A stretch of 64,000 nucleotides of DNA from Patescibacteria group bacterium (lineage in GTDB: Bacteria; Patescibacteriota; Patescibacteriia; JACRDY01): contig JBAZFH010000001.1 in the NCBI GenBank assembly GCA_041653535.1, positions 214,175-278,174 of the forward strand. Reading direction: 5' to 3'. The translations under genes were made by a program, and so were the position numbers. The notes beneath the pieces are model-generated. The model made no database searches. It saw only the letters and a list, made by a program, of their open reading frames with translations, and was not told the origin of the DNA. Positions 39,111-48,233 of this stretch are shown in pieces (the first letter of the stretch is position 1; every line of letters begins with the position of its first letter).

Positions 39111-39115
39111 ACCCT

Positions 39116-41980
39116 ATGAATCAATCCGAAAACATCCAGGTCCGCGGCGCGCGGGAACACAATCTAAAAAATATCGACGTTGATATACCGATAAATAAAT
39201 TCACGGTGATTACCGGTTTATCAGGCTCGGGTAAATCGACGCTCGCTTTTGACACTATTTACGCCGAAGGTCAGCGCCGTTATGTAGAAAGTCTGTCGAG
39301 TTACGCCAGACAGTTTTTGGGCGTGATGGGTAAACCCGATGTCGACAGTATCAAGGGTTTGTCGCCGGCGATTTCTATCGAGCAAAAAAGCATTTCGCAC
39401 AATCCGCGTTCGACTGTCGGCACGATTACTGAGATTTACGATTATTTGCGTTTACTTTATGCCCGTATTGGCGTACCGCATTGTCCGCTTTGTGGCAAAG
39501 AAATTTCGCCACAGGATCCGGAAAAAATCACCAAAAGTTTGTTAGCTGAGTTTACCGGACAAAAGGCGCAAATAATGGCGCCGGCGATTCGCGGTAAAAA
39601 GGGAAATCACGAGCAGGTTTTTATCGATCTCAATAAACAAGGTTATGTGCATGTTCGTGTTGACGGCAAGACCATGGAAGTTACTGATTTTTTTGGTCCG
39701 GGCAAAAAAGAATTGGTGCGTTACGCGGCACATAATATCGAAGTGATAGTTGATACGATCAAAGTTGAGCCGGCAGATAAAAGTCGTTTGCATCATGCAG
39801 TTGAGATTGCGCTCAAAATTGGCGGCGGACTGGCTATCGTGGCGTTAGAAAAGTCAGCTGCTGCTCATCATGTCAAAAAAAGTGCAATCACCGAAAAAAT
39901 ATATTCGCAGCATCTGGCCTGTCCGGATTGCGGTTTTAGTCTTGATAAACTGCAACCGCGCATGTTTTCTTTTAACTCACCATTTGGTGCTTGTCCGATT
40001 TGTCATGGTCTTGGCTTTATCCAAAAGTTCGATCAAGATTTGATTGTGCCAGATAAAACGCTCAGTATTTCTGATGGCGCTATCAAACCGCAAGGATTTT
40101 CCGCCCACGGATTCTTTTTGCAGATGATGGAAAAGCTAGGGCAAAAATATAAATTCAGTCTCGACGTGCCATTTGAAAAATTACCGCAAAAGGCGCTGGA
40201 TATTATTTTTTACGGTACTAACGACAAGATTGATTGGCGGATTGATTCCAGCACCACTGATACTTATTGGGAGTGGACTGGTCGCTGGGAAGGTATTATC
40301 CCGCGTCTGGAAAGACTTTATAAACAAACCGAATCAGAATCTCGACGCCAGGAAATGGAAAGATTTATGTTTGAAAAACCGTGCGGCGCATGTTCCGGCG
40401 CTCGGCTCAAAGAAGAAAGCTTGGCCGTGACTATTGCTGGCAAAAATATTAGCGAGTTGACCAGCATGTCGATAAAAGAAGAGTTGGAGTTTATAAAAAA
40501 ATTAAAATTAGATAAAACCGAAGTACAGATTTCCCACCAGCTACTCAAGGAAATTAACGATCGTCTCGGGTTTTTGGTTGATGTTGGTTTGGACTATTTA
40601 AATTTAGCCAGAAGGGGGAGTACGCTGTCCGGCGGTGAAGGCCAGCGCATTCGTCTAGCAACTCAGATTGGTTCCGAGCTCCGTGGCGTGACTTATATCC
40701 TCGACGAGCCGTCGATCGGTCTGCATCAACGCGACAATCAAAAGTTGATAAAAACGTTACAAAACATGCGTGATATTGGTAACTCTGTGATTGTTGTGGA
40801 GCACGACGAAGAGACGATCATGTCGGCCGATCACGTAGTGGATATTGGTCCGGGCGCCGGAGTGCATGGTGGTCATGTTGTTGCCGAAGGTACACCAAAA
40901 CAAATTATTGCGAGTAAAAAATCTCTGACCGGAGCTTATTTGTCCGGCCGCAAAAAAATTAAAGTGCCAGCCAAACGTCGCCGACCGCACGGGTTTATTA
41001 GTATTGCTGGTGCTGAGCATAACAATCTGAAAAAAGTTAATGTCGATTTCCCGGTTGAAGTTTTTTGCTGTGTCACCGGCGTATCTGGTTCCGGCAAATC
41101 GAGCCTGGTTTCTGACACGCTTTATCCGTTACTTGCCAAAAAGCTTTACAATACCAAAATCGAAGTCGGCAAATATCGCGCGGTGGAAAATTTTGGTTAT
41201 GTCGATAAGGTGATTATTATCGATCAATCGCCGATTGGTCGCACGCCGCGTAGTAATGCGGCTACTTACACCGGTGTTTTTACTTATATGCGTGATCTTT
41301 TTGCGCAGAGTAAAGAAGCCAAAACTCGCGGCTACGGTCCGGGACGGTTTAGTTTTAACGTCGAAGGCGGCCGCTGCGGTAACTGTGAGGGCGACGGCGT
41401 GATTAAAATCGAAATGCATTTTTTGCCTGATGTTTACGTGACTTGCGAACAATGCAAAGGTAGTCGTTACAACGAAGAAACGCTGCAAGTAAAATATAAA
41501 GACAAAAGCATTGCCGAGATTTTGGATATGACTGTGGAAGAAGCGCTTAAATTTTTTCAGCACATTCCGCGGATCGAGAGTAAACTGCAGACGCTTTTTG
41601 ATGTTGGGCTTGGGTATATCAAACTTGGTCAATCAGCTACGACGCTATCTGGCGGCGAAGCGCAGCGCATCAAGCTCACCGCCGAGTTGTCAAAACGCGA
41701 TACTGGGCGTACTCTTTACATATTGGATGAACCGACGACCGGGCTACATTTTGCTGATATCGAAAAGTTGCTCGAGGTGATAAATCGTTTGGTAGACAAG
41801 GGTAACAGTGTACTGGTGATCGAGCACAACCTCGACGTGATTAAATCCGCCGACTGGGTGATTGACCTTGGTCCTGAGGGCGGCGACCGTGGTGGGCAGA
41901 TTATTGCCAAAGGTACACCGGAAGATATTGCCAAGGATAAAGATAGCTATACGGGGAGGTTTTTGAAAGAGGTGTTGTAA
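39116..41980 (+). CDS. uvrA: Excinuclease ABC subunit A
   Basis: Two ABC domains ([16 protein letters not shown]), zinc fingers, LSGGE signatures. Confidence 0.98.
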   Translation: MNQSENIQVRGAREHNLKNIDVDIPINKFTVITGLSGSGKSTLAFDTIYAEGQRRYVESLSSYARQFLGVMGKPDVDSIKGLSPAISIEQKSISHNPRSTVGTITEIYDYLRLLYARIGVPHCPLCGKEISPQDPEKITKSLLAEFTGQKAQIMAPAIRGKKGNHEQVFIDLNKQGYVHVRVDGKTMEVTDFFGPGKKELVRYAAHNIEVIVDTIKVEPADKSRLHHAVEIALKIGGGLAIVALEKSAAAHHVKKSAITEKIYSQHLACPDCGFSLDKLQPRMFSFNSPFGACPICHGLGFIQKFDQDLIVPDKTLSISDGAIKPQGFSAHGFFLQMMEKLGQKYKFSLDVPFEKLPQKALDIIFYGTNDKIDWRIDSSTTDTYWEWTGRWEGIIPRLERLYKQTESESRRQEMERFMFEKPCGACSGARLKEESLAVTIAGKNISELTSMSIKEELEFIKKLKLDKTEVQISHQLLKEINDRLGFLVDVGLDYLNLARRGSTLSGGEGQRIRLATQIGSELRGVTYILDEPSIGLHQRDNQKLIKTLQNMRDIGNSVIVVEHDEETIMSADHVVDIGPGAGVHGGHVVAEGTPKQIIASKKSLTGAYLSGRKKIKVPAKRRRPHGFISIAGAEHNNLKKVNVDFPVEVFCCVTGVSGSGKSSLVSDTLYPLLAKKLYNTKIEVGKYRAVENFGYVDKVIIIDQSPIGRTPRSNAATYTGVFTYMRDLFAQSKEAKTRGYGPGRFSFNVEGGRCGNCEGDGVIKIEMHFLPDVYVTCEQCKGSRYNEETLQVKYKDKSIAEILDMTVEEALKFFQHIPRIESKLQTLFDVGLGYIKLGQSATTLSGGEAQRIKLTAELSKRDTGRTLYILDEPTTGLHFADIEKLLEVINRLVDKGNSVLVIEHNLDVIKSADWVIDLGPEGGDRGGQIIAKGTPEDIAKDKDSYTGRFLKEVL

Positions 41981-42083
41981 ACAATTAATAATTACTAATT
42001 ACGAATTAATAATAAAAAGGGTTGACAAAAAGGGGAAATAGGAGAAAGATAAGTATAATAAACGATAAATAATAAATAAGTAT

Positions 42084-42500
42084 ATGGCTGATGTTAAGTT
42101 AAATTTTCTCCTAGTTTGTGAGCAGGCATTGGTTGTTAACGAGGACAAGGGTGTAAAGGTCAGTGTTATTAATATTATAAATAGAATAACCGCGCCTAAC
42201 TTGCCTGCTTTTTTTCCTAAATTTAGTGTAGTAACAAAAATAACCGGAGACAAAGGGGTATATGATCAAGAAATTAAGATAGTATCTCCTTTGGGGAAAC
42301 CTTTGGCTGGAGCTAGTGGTAAATCTAAGATTGACGATGCTTTTGGTCATACGTTTGTAGCAGATTTTTCAAATGTTCCGCTTTCTGATTCTGGTAAATA
42401 TAAAATTGAAGTATCAATAAAAAAAGACGATGAAGAGGCGTTTTCTGTTATTAGTGATAATAGTGAGAATAATTTTTTTACGTTAGACATAGTTCAATAA
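42084..42500 (+). CDS. Hypothetical beta-sandwich protein (DUF6941-like)
   Basis: FLLVCEQA...KVSVINI..RI..PNLP...GKY pattern; low GC. Confidence 0.6.
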   Translation: MADVKLNFLLVCEQALVVNEDKGVKVSVINIINRITAPNLPAFFPKFSVVTKITGDKGVYDQEIKIVSPLGKPLAGASGKSKIDDAFGHTFVADFSNVPLSDSGKYKIEVSIKKDDEEAFSVISDNSENNFFTLDIVQ

Positions 42501-42504
42501 AATT

Positions 42505-43203
42505 ATGCCTGGAGAGAATGAAAAAAATAGTAGAAAAGATGATAAGACCATTGTTCCGCAGCCTGTTAATAATGCCGCCGGTGGAGGGAATCAGACGGTC
42601 GGCGGCGTTGATGATGGAGCGAGTCGGACGGTCGTCGATGTTGTCGGTGGTAGCGAGCCAACAACCAAAGAGATTGATTATCGCGAGTGGTTTTTAAAGG
42701 ATCTTAAATATAAGATTGATAGGCTGGATAACTCTATATCTACTATTGATAAATTGGAGGGCAGGGTGGAAAAAGCAGAAGTGAAGGTAGAAAAAATAAC
42801 GGATAGATTAGAGGATAAAGTAGGGAAGATTGAGGTTAAGGTGGAAGAAGGATTAGGGGAGATTGAGAGAAGTATACAGGTCACAACTAAAGATGTGGGT
42901 GATAAAATGTATACTTTCTTTGTTGGCGGTCTTCTCGTTTTAGGGCTCATGGTGTTAGGTGTAATTTTAGAATTTTGGTTTTATAATGTTTCTGGACATA
43001 GCGAATTAGGTGATAAAATTAATAACGTTCAACGAGATGGCGCGGCGTTAGCAAATGGTTTAAAAGAAAAAATTTATTCGGATGACGGATTGAGTGGCTC
43101 GATTTATTTGTTGGATGATAAAGTTAATATTTTGAATAACAATGTTAATAATATTAATGGTAGAATAGACGATTTAAAATCGAAGAATCGATATCTGAAA
43201 TAG
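42505..43203 (+). CDS. Hypothetical coiled-coil protein with one TM helix
   Basis: 232-aa ORF translationally adjacent to 42084-42500; low GC. Confidence 0.7.
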   Translation: MPGENEKNSRKDDKTIVPQPVNNAAGGGNQTVGGVDDGASRTVVDVVGGSEPTTKEIDYREWFLKDLKYKIDRLDNSISTIDKLEGRVEKAEVKVEKITDRLEDKVGKIEVKVEEGLGEIERSIQVTTKDVGDKMYTFFVGGLLVLGLMVLGVILEFWFYNVSGHSELGDKINNVQRDGAALANGLKEKIYSDDGLSGSIYLLDDKVNILNNNVNNINGRIDDLKSKNRYLK

Positions 43204-43272
43204 TTTAGAAAAATTTAATCTTGGATGTTATAAGCTGGTAGGTGACTGCCAGTTTTTTAATTAGAGGAACAC

Positions 43273-43377
43273 GCCCGGCACCCCTCCTTGTTCCTCCCCT
43301 TGGCAGGGGAGGAGACTAGACGGAGTCTGTCTTATAGTTCTCCCCCTGCCAAGGGGGAGACGGAGGGGGTGCCGGGC
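43273..43377. repeat. REP/REPIN-like palindrome doublet forming a long hairpin
   Basis: GCCCGGCACCCCTCC...GGAGGGGGTGCCGGGC outer stem with two inverted CTCCCCTTGGCAGGGGAG palindromes. Confidence 0.85.
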
Positions 43378-43404
43378 ATGGAATCAAGCACCAAATATAT
43401 TTTT

Positions 43405-43770
43405 ATGGGTCAGTTATATAACCGCAAAAAATTTAAACATCTTCGCACCAAGCTACGTCGTAATTCCACCAAATCAGAAGATAGGTTGTGGCGAGAACTA
43501 CGCGGAGAGCAGTTGGGTTACAAATTTCGGCGGCAATATGGAATAGAAAATTTTATAGTTGATTTTTATTGTCCCAAATTAAATTTAGTTATTGAAGTCG
43601 ACGGCATATCGCATGACAGCGAAGAGGCACAAATAAAAGACGCTAGGCGCGAAGAGTATTTACGCAGCAGGGGGATTAAGGTTTTGCGCTACACCTCTAG
43701 CGAGGTTTTTAAAAATATTGAAAGCGTGACAAACGACATAATGGAAAATTGCGGTAAGCCGTATGTTTGA
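43405..43770 (+). CDS. DUF559 / Vsr-like endonuclease domain protein
   Basis: LRRNSTKSEDRLWRELR, KFRRQY, IVDFYC, IEVDGISH, D..R...L...GIKVLRY. Confidence 0.9.
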   Translation: MGQLYNRKKFKHLRTKLRRNSTKSEDRLWRELRGEQLGYKFRRQYGIENFIVDFYCPKLNLVIEVDGISHDSEEAQIKDARREEYLRSRGIKVLRYTSSEVFKNIESVTNDIMENCGKPYV

Positions 43771-43810
43771 CACAAAGACCCTTTCGCGGTTTAATTGAGC
43801 TAAAGAAAAT

Positions 43811-44275
43811 ATGAAAAACATTGTCATCGTTGCTATCGGTAAAATCAAAGAAGCGTCTTATCGTGATCTATGTGCGGAATATGTGAAACGATTGCGGCCT
43901 TACGTTAAGGTTGAAATAGCGGAAATAAAACCCGAGCCTTTTGGTGCTGGTGATAAGCAGCGAGCAAAAAGCAGAGAAGGTGACAGGTTGCTAGACTTCC
44001 TAGCCAAATACGAAAGCGCGCAAGTTTATTTGCTTGATGAACACGGTAAAGAATTCACTTCGGTTGATTTTGCCAAATTTTTGGACAAGAAAAATGAGAC
44101 GTTAATTTTGGTTATTGGCGGAACACTGGGTTTTGCGCCGGAAGTTTCAAACAAATATAAAAACAAGATTGCTTTGTCACAGTTTACCCTACTGCACGAA
44201 CTAACGCGCGTCGTGCTGCTAGAACAGATTTACCGCGCGGTAACGATAATTAAAGGTAAGGAATACCATTATTAG
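43811..44275 (+). CDS. rlmH: 23S rRNA pseudouridine-1915 N3-methyltransferase
   Basis: IGG..G, HELTRVVLLEQIYRA, GKEYH. Confidence 0.93.
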   Translation: MKNIVIVAIGKIKEASYRDLCAEYVKRLRPYVKVEIAEIKPEPFGAGDKQRAKSREGDRLLDFLAKYESAQVYLLDEHGKEFTSVDFAKFLDKKNETLILVIGGTLGFAPEVSNKYKNKIALSQFTLLHELTRVVLLEQIYRAVTIIKGKEYHY

Positions 44276-44403
44276 TTGAAAGTCTGAAAGTTATAAAGTT
44301 GAAAGTTTTGGTATTTAACTTTACAACTTTCTACTTTTGGTTGTTCTAACAACCAATCCCGCCTGGGCGGGATGCCGGCAAAGCCGGCACTTTATAACTA
44401 TTT

Positions 44404-45393
44404 ATGAAAATAGCTGAATTAAAACAAGTCCTGTCTGATCAACCGAAATACCGCTTAGTCCAAGTCTATCAGGCGATTTTTGTTGACCTGATTGACGACT
44501 GGTCAAAGGTGACGGCGTTACCCAAAGATTTGCGGGAGAAACTCGCGGCAAACTGTCCGCTCGATATTAACGCGCAAAAATTTATTTCTCGTGATGGTAC
44601 GGTTAAGGCACTCTTTACTCTGGAAGATGATAAGAAAATCGAAGGCGTCTTGATGCGCAGTCGCGACGAGCGTAACACTGTTTGTGTTTCTTCACAGGTT
44701 GGCTGTCCGCTCGGGTGCCTATTTTGTGCTACCGGACAAATGGGTTTTCAGCGCAACTTAACTGTCGATGAAATAGTCGAACAAGTTTTATTTTTTGCTC
44801 GAGAAGTAAAAAGGGAAGACAGCAAAATCACCAACATTGTTTTTATGGGCATGGGTGAACCGTTTTTGAATTATGACAATGTTTTGTCGGCGATTCGGTT
44901 TCTCAACGACAAGGAAACAATGAATGTTGGCGCTCGGCGTTTTTCCATATCAACTATCGGTATTATCGACGGTATCAAAAGACTGGCCAAAGAAAGAATG
45001 GAAATCAATCTGGCGATTTCTCTCCATGCGCCAAACGATTCGCTTCGCGATCAACTGATGCCGATTAACAAAAAATACTCGATCAAAAAAGTTATTTCCG
45101 CGGTTGACGATTATATCAAAATTACCAACCGTCAAGTGATGTTTGAATATTTGTTGATCAAAAATATTAACGACCACCCGGAGTTAGCTAGTGAACTAGG
45201 GGTGTTGATGAAAAAACCACTCTACGTCGTTAACTTGATTTCGTACAATCCAACCGGCAAGTTTTCCGCTACGGAAAAAGAGGGTCAGGATAAATTTAAA
45301 AAAGTTTTGGAAGAAGCCGGAGTCAAAGTCACCTTGCGTCACAGTTTTGGTAAAGATATTGCCGCGGCCTGTGGTCAACTGGCAATAAAATAA
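44404..45393 (+). CDS. rlmN: 23S rRNA A2503 / tRNA A37 C2-methyltransferase
   Basis: CVSSQVGCPLGCLFCATG, MGMGEP, SLHA, DIAAACGQL. Confidence 0.95.
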   Translation: MKIAELKQVLSDQPKYRLVQVYQAIFVDLIDDWSKVTALPKDLREKLAANCPLDINAQKFISRDGTVKALFTLEDDKKIEGVLMRSRDERNTVCVSSQVGCPLGCLFCATGQMGFQRNLTVDEIVEQVLFFAREVKREDSKITNIVFMGMGEPFLNYDNVLSAIRFLNDKETMNVGARRFSISTIGIIDGIKRLAKERMEINLAISLHAPNDSLRDQLMPINKKYSIKKVISAVDDYIKITNRQVMFEYLLIKNINDHPELASELGVLMKKPLYVVNLISYNPTGKFSATEKEGQDKFKKVLEEAGVKVTLRHSFGKDIAAACGQLAIK

Positions 45394-45590
45394 AAAGTGA
45401 TGCCGAAGGCATCATCCTGAGTCCCGCATCGCGGGACGAAGGATCAATAAAGTTGAAAGTTACAAAATGAAAAACCATGCCAAAGTGGGAAATCGGGCGG
45501 GAAGACCGGCGTACAGAACACCGGCGACTTTTCGGTTGAGAAAGTCTATTCAAAATTTATCAGTAAAAAGTAAAAATAATTACCAAAAAT

Positions 45591-45965
45591 ATGGAAATGA
45601 TCGATAAAAATTATACCTACGCTATTGTCGGTGCGTCAGCTAATATCGAAAAATACGGTCACAAAGTTTTGATCGATTTGCATACGGCTGGCTATAAAGT
45701 AATCCCGATTAATCCAAAAGGCGGTGAGATAGAAGGACTGCAGGTTTACCCGAGTCTTTCGGCAGTGAAAGAAAAAATTGATGTCGCAATTTTTGTCGTG
45801 CCACCGACGGTGACTAGCGAAGTTTTGATTGAAGTCAAAAATCTAGGAATAGATAAGGTTTGGATGCAGCCGGGTAGCGAGAGCGCCGAAGCAATAGAAT
45901 TTTGTAAAAATAATAATATAAATTGCGTCCACGATGCTTGTATCATGGTGGCGCGCCAAAACTAA
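45591..45965 (+). CDS. CoA-binding protein (YccU-like)
   Basis: AIVGAS...KYG, VIPINP, VWMQPG, CIMV. Confidence 0.9.
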   Translation: MEMIDKNYTYAIVGASANIEKYGHKVLIDLHTAGYKVIPINPKGGEIEGLQVYPSLSAVKEKIDVAIFVVPPTVTSEVLIEVKNLGIDKVWMQPGSESAEAIEFCKNNNINCVHDACIMVARQN

Positions 45966-45966
45966 T

Positions 45967-46428
45967 ATGAAACCAAACTATCTTATCATCCCGCTGTTTA
46001 CCATCATCGTTGCTTGGGCGGGGAGCGCTGTCACTTCGAACGGAATGAGTTGGTACAAAACTATCAATTTACCTAGCTGGACGCCACCAGGATCGGTGAT
46101 TGGAGCAGTCTGGACAGCGATTTTCCTTTTGGCGACAATTGCAGCGATACTGGTTTGGAACGGTCATCACGGCTCAAGAGTGTGGCTTATTTTTTCTATA
46201 TTTGTTATCAACGCGATACTAAATATTTTTTGGAGTTATTTATTTTTTGGTCAACATTTTTTGGCGGCAGCAATCTGGGAGGCAGGAGTTTTGGGCTTAT
46301 CGGTGGTGGCTTTGATTGTTTTGATTTGGCCGCTAACTAAAGCTGCGTCGATACTGCTTATGCCATACGCTGGTTGGGTGGCTTTTGCTACTTATTTAAC
46401 GTACAAGGTTTGGTTGTTGAACAAATAA
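45967..46428 (+). CDS. TspO/MBR family protein
   Basis: WYKTINLPSWTPP...VWT, LNIFWSYLFFG, PYAGWVAFA. Confidence 0.92.
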   Translation: MKPNYLIIPLFTIIVAWAGSAVTSNGMSWYKTINLPSWTPPGSVIGAVWTAIFLLATIAAILVWNGHHGSRVWLIFSIFVINAILNIFWSYLFFGQHFLAAAIWEAGVLGLSVVALIVLIWPLTKAASILLMPYAGWVAFATYLTYKVWLLNK

Positions 46429-46433
46429 AATTT

Positions 46434-46763
46434 ATGCGCGTTTGGGATATAAGTCCAAAATATCTTTGTAATAAACATTTGGTTGCCGAACATCACGAGC
46501 TGCACGCGATTTGGGCGATAATAACGAAAAATAAAAAAGGCTACAGTCAGCATCCGGAAACCAAGCGCTGGGTAGGAAAGCTGAAGGCCCTGTATTTGCG
46601 TCATGAAAAATTGGTCAAAGAGTTTGCTTCGCGTGGCTATCGCCATCTGTCGCCGCTTGATAAAAAGTTAGCCAGAGGTAGTGCTAGACAAAACGTTTTA
46701 GTCGATTCTCTGGAAAGGCAAAGGGAAATATTAAAAAAGAAAAATTGTCAGTGTTTTAAATAA
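46434..46763 (+). CDS. Pyrimidine-dimer DNA glycosylase / endonuclease V family protein
   Basis: MRVWDI.P..LCNKHLVAEHHE, GYSQHPE..RW, E...RGY. Confidence 0.8.
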   Translation: MRVWDISPKYLCNKHLVAEHHELHAIWAIITKNKKGYSQHPETKRWVGKLKALYLRHEKLVKEFASRGYRHLSPLDKKLARGSARQNVLVDSLERQREILKKKNCQCFK

Positions 46764-46812
46764 AACTTTTTGGATAAAAATAGCCCCGCCTGAAAAAAGC
46801 GGGGCTTTGTTG

Positions 46813-47139
46813 TTACAGTTTTATCGGACAGATGCTTTTTGGTATGGTGACTAAAAAAGTTTCTTCATCTCCACACTGAGATGCTACCGCGGGATAGATC
46901 GAAACAATCTGCAAATCAGGATGTTTCTGGATAAAGTTTGGCAACGATTTTTTCCAGGCATCCTTGTTGATGCAGGCCCCGGCTTTGATTAACCAGAGAC
47001 CCGGCGCTACCTCGACGCCTTCGTTTATTTGATCCTGGTTTTTGCCAGAACTGCTGCGTGGTAAGCAGCAGACAATCATAACCAGAGCGATGGCGATAAC
47101 GAAACCAATCAGAATGCCAACTTTCACTTTTTTGTTCAT
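46813..47139 (-). CDS. Hypothetical membrane-anchored protein, paralog of 47152-47478
   Basis: N-terminal TM ending in CC; shared GLW.I, W...L.NF.QKH.DLQI, FLVT.PK. Confidence 0.75.
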   Translation of the reverse strand: MNKKVKVGILIGFVIAIALVMIVCCLPRSSSGKNQDQINEGVEVAPGLWLIKAGACINKDAWKKSLPNFIQKHPDLQIVSIYPAVASQCGDEETFLVTIPKSICPIKL

Positions 47140-47151
47140 CGTTTTTTCTCT

Positions 47152-47478
47152 TTACTGTTGTAGCGGTTGGCAGACACACTTGGGCGCTGTGACTAAAAAC
47201 ATTCCCAAGGCGTTGCCGTAGCCATTTTCAGCCGATGAATACATGGCAGTAATTTGCAGATCGGCATGTTTTTGCATGAAATTGAGAAGCAATTCCTGCC
47301 AGACGTTACTGTCGAGTCCGACTATAATATCGATGCGCCAGAGTCCCATGCCCAGATAAACGGCCTCAACTACTTCGGGCGGGTTTTTGTCAGCGCTGTC
47401 GTGTGGTGAGCAGCAAATGATCATGACCAGAGCGATAGCAAGACCGACTAGTACGCCAGATTTGAATTTGTTATCCAT
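47152..47478 (-). CDS. Hypothetical membrane-anchored protein, paralog of 46813-47139
   Basis: Same motifs; AGGAG SD. Confidence 0.75.
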   Translation of the reverse strand: MDNKFKSGVLVGLAIALVMIICCSPHDSADKNPPEVVEAVYLGMGLWRIDIIVGLDSNVWQELLLNFMQKHADLQITAMYSSAENGYGNALGMFLVTAPKCVCQPLQQ

Positions 47479-47490
47479 CTCTTTTCTCCT

Positions 47491-47949
47491 TTACCGCAGG
47501 TAAATGTAATACTGAATTTTTTTGGCGTGGTTGGTCATTTGGGTTTTTTGCAGTCGACCTCGAGCGGTTAGCAGTTGTTCGACACGGCGCACTAAAATAT
47601 TGATAAAGAGAGATGGGTTAGCGCCGTTTGGGAAGGAAAATTCGTAGGTGGTTGGGTCGCTAAACTGTTCGAAGTCATCAACTGCTCTTGGTGCGTGCAG
47701 ATGTAGCCATTTTTCATCCCGTTTGCCCTGGATTCTTTTTAGGATTCTCGCCCGGATTGATTCGCGCAACAGCGTGAAGTGGATCTCGAAGTCGGGAGTG
47801 GGTGAATGGTGAGGCAAGTCGATGTAGTTGAGAGTAATGGTGTGGATCAGTGTGGTTACCACCGTCTCCATTTCATCGATTTCTTTAAGGGTAAGAGTAA
47901 AAAAACTGTAGGGAATAACGGTTCTGATGTTTGGAACAACGTGTCTCAT
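47491..47949 (-). CDS. Hypothetical protein
   Basis: AAGGAGG SD; first gene of a three-gene operon. Confidence 0.65.
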   Translation of the reverse strand: MRHVVPNIRTVIPYSFFTLTLKEIDEMETVVTTLIHTITLNYIDLPHHSPTPDFEIHFTLLRESIRARILKRIQGKRDEKWLHLHAPRAVDDFEQFSDPTTYEFSFPNGANPSLFINILVRRVEQLLTARGRLQKTQMTNHAKKIQYYIYLR

Positions 47950-48233
47950 GAAAGGAACCTCCTTGATTGCCCTCTGGTTTTCTAGACCAAGAGGGGAAAG
48001 CCTTCGGATTGATTGTCAATTCGAAGGGATAAAGGATATTAGATAATATATTTTTTTTGTTTTTTTGTCAATGATAAAAACGGCGAGTTTAAAAAAACTA
48101 ACGCAAATACCCTGACCGGCATATGATCTATGAATATAACTACCAGTTATTATCGCTCAATCTTTGCCGGGCGGTTTTGTAAGTTGTTGTCTTTTGGTTA
48201 TGGACTAGTTTTTATTTGTGTTAAAATAGAGTT

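Noticed and set aside
43288-43404. N-terminal extension of the DUF559 ORF
   Set aside because: It is read-through of the palindromic hairpin; ATG 43405 fits the family start.
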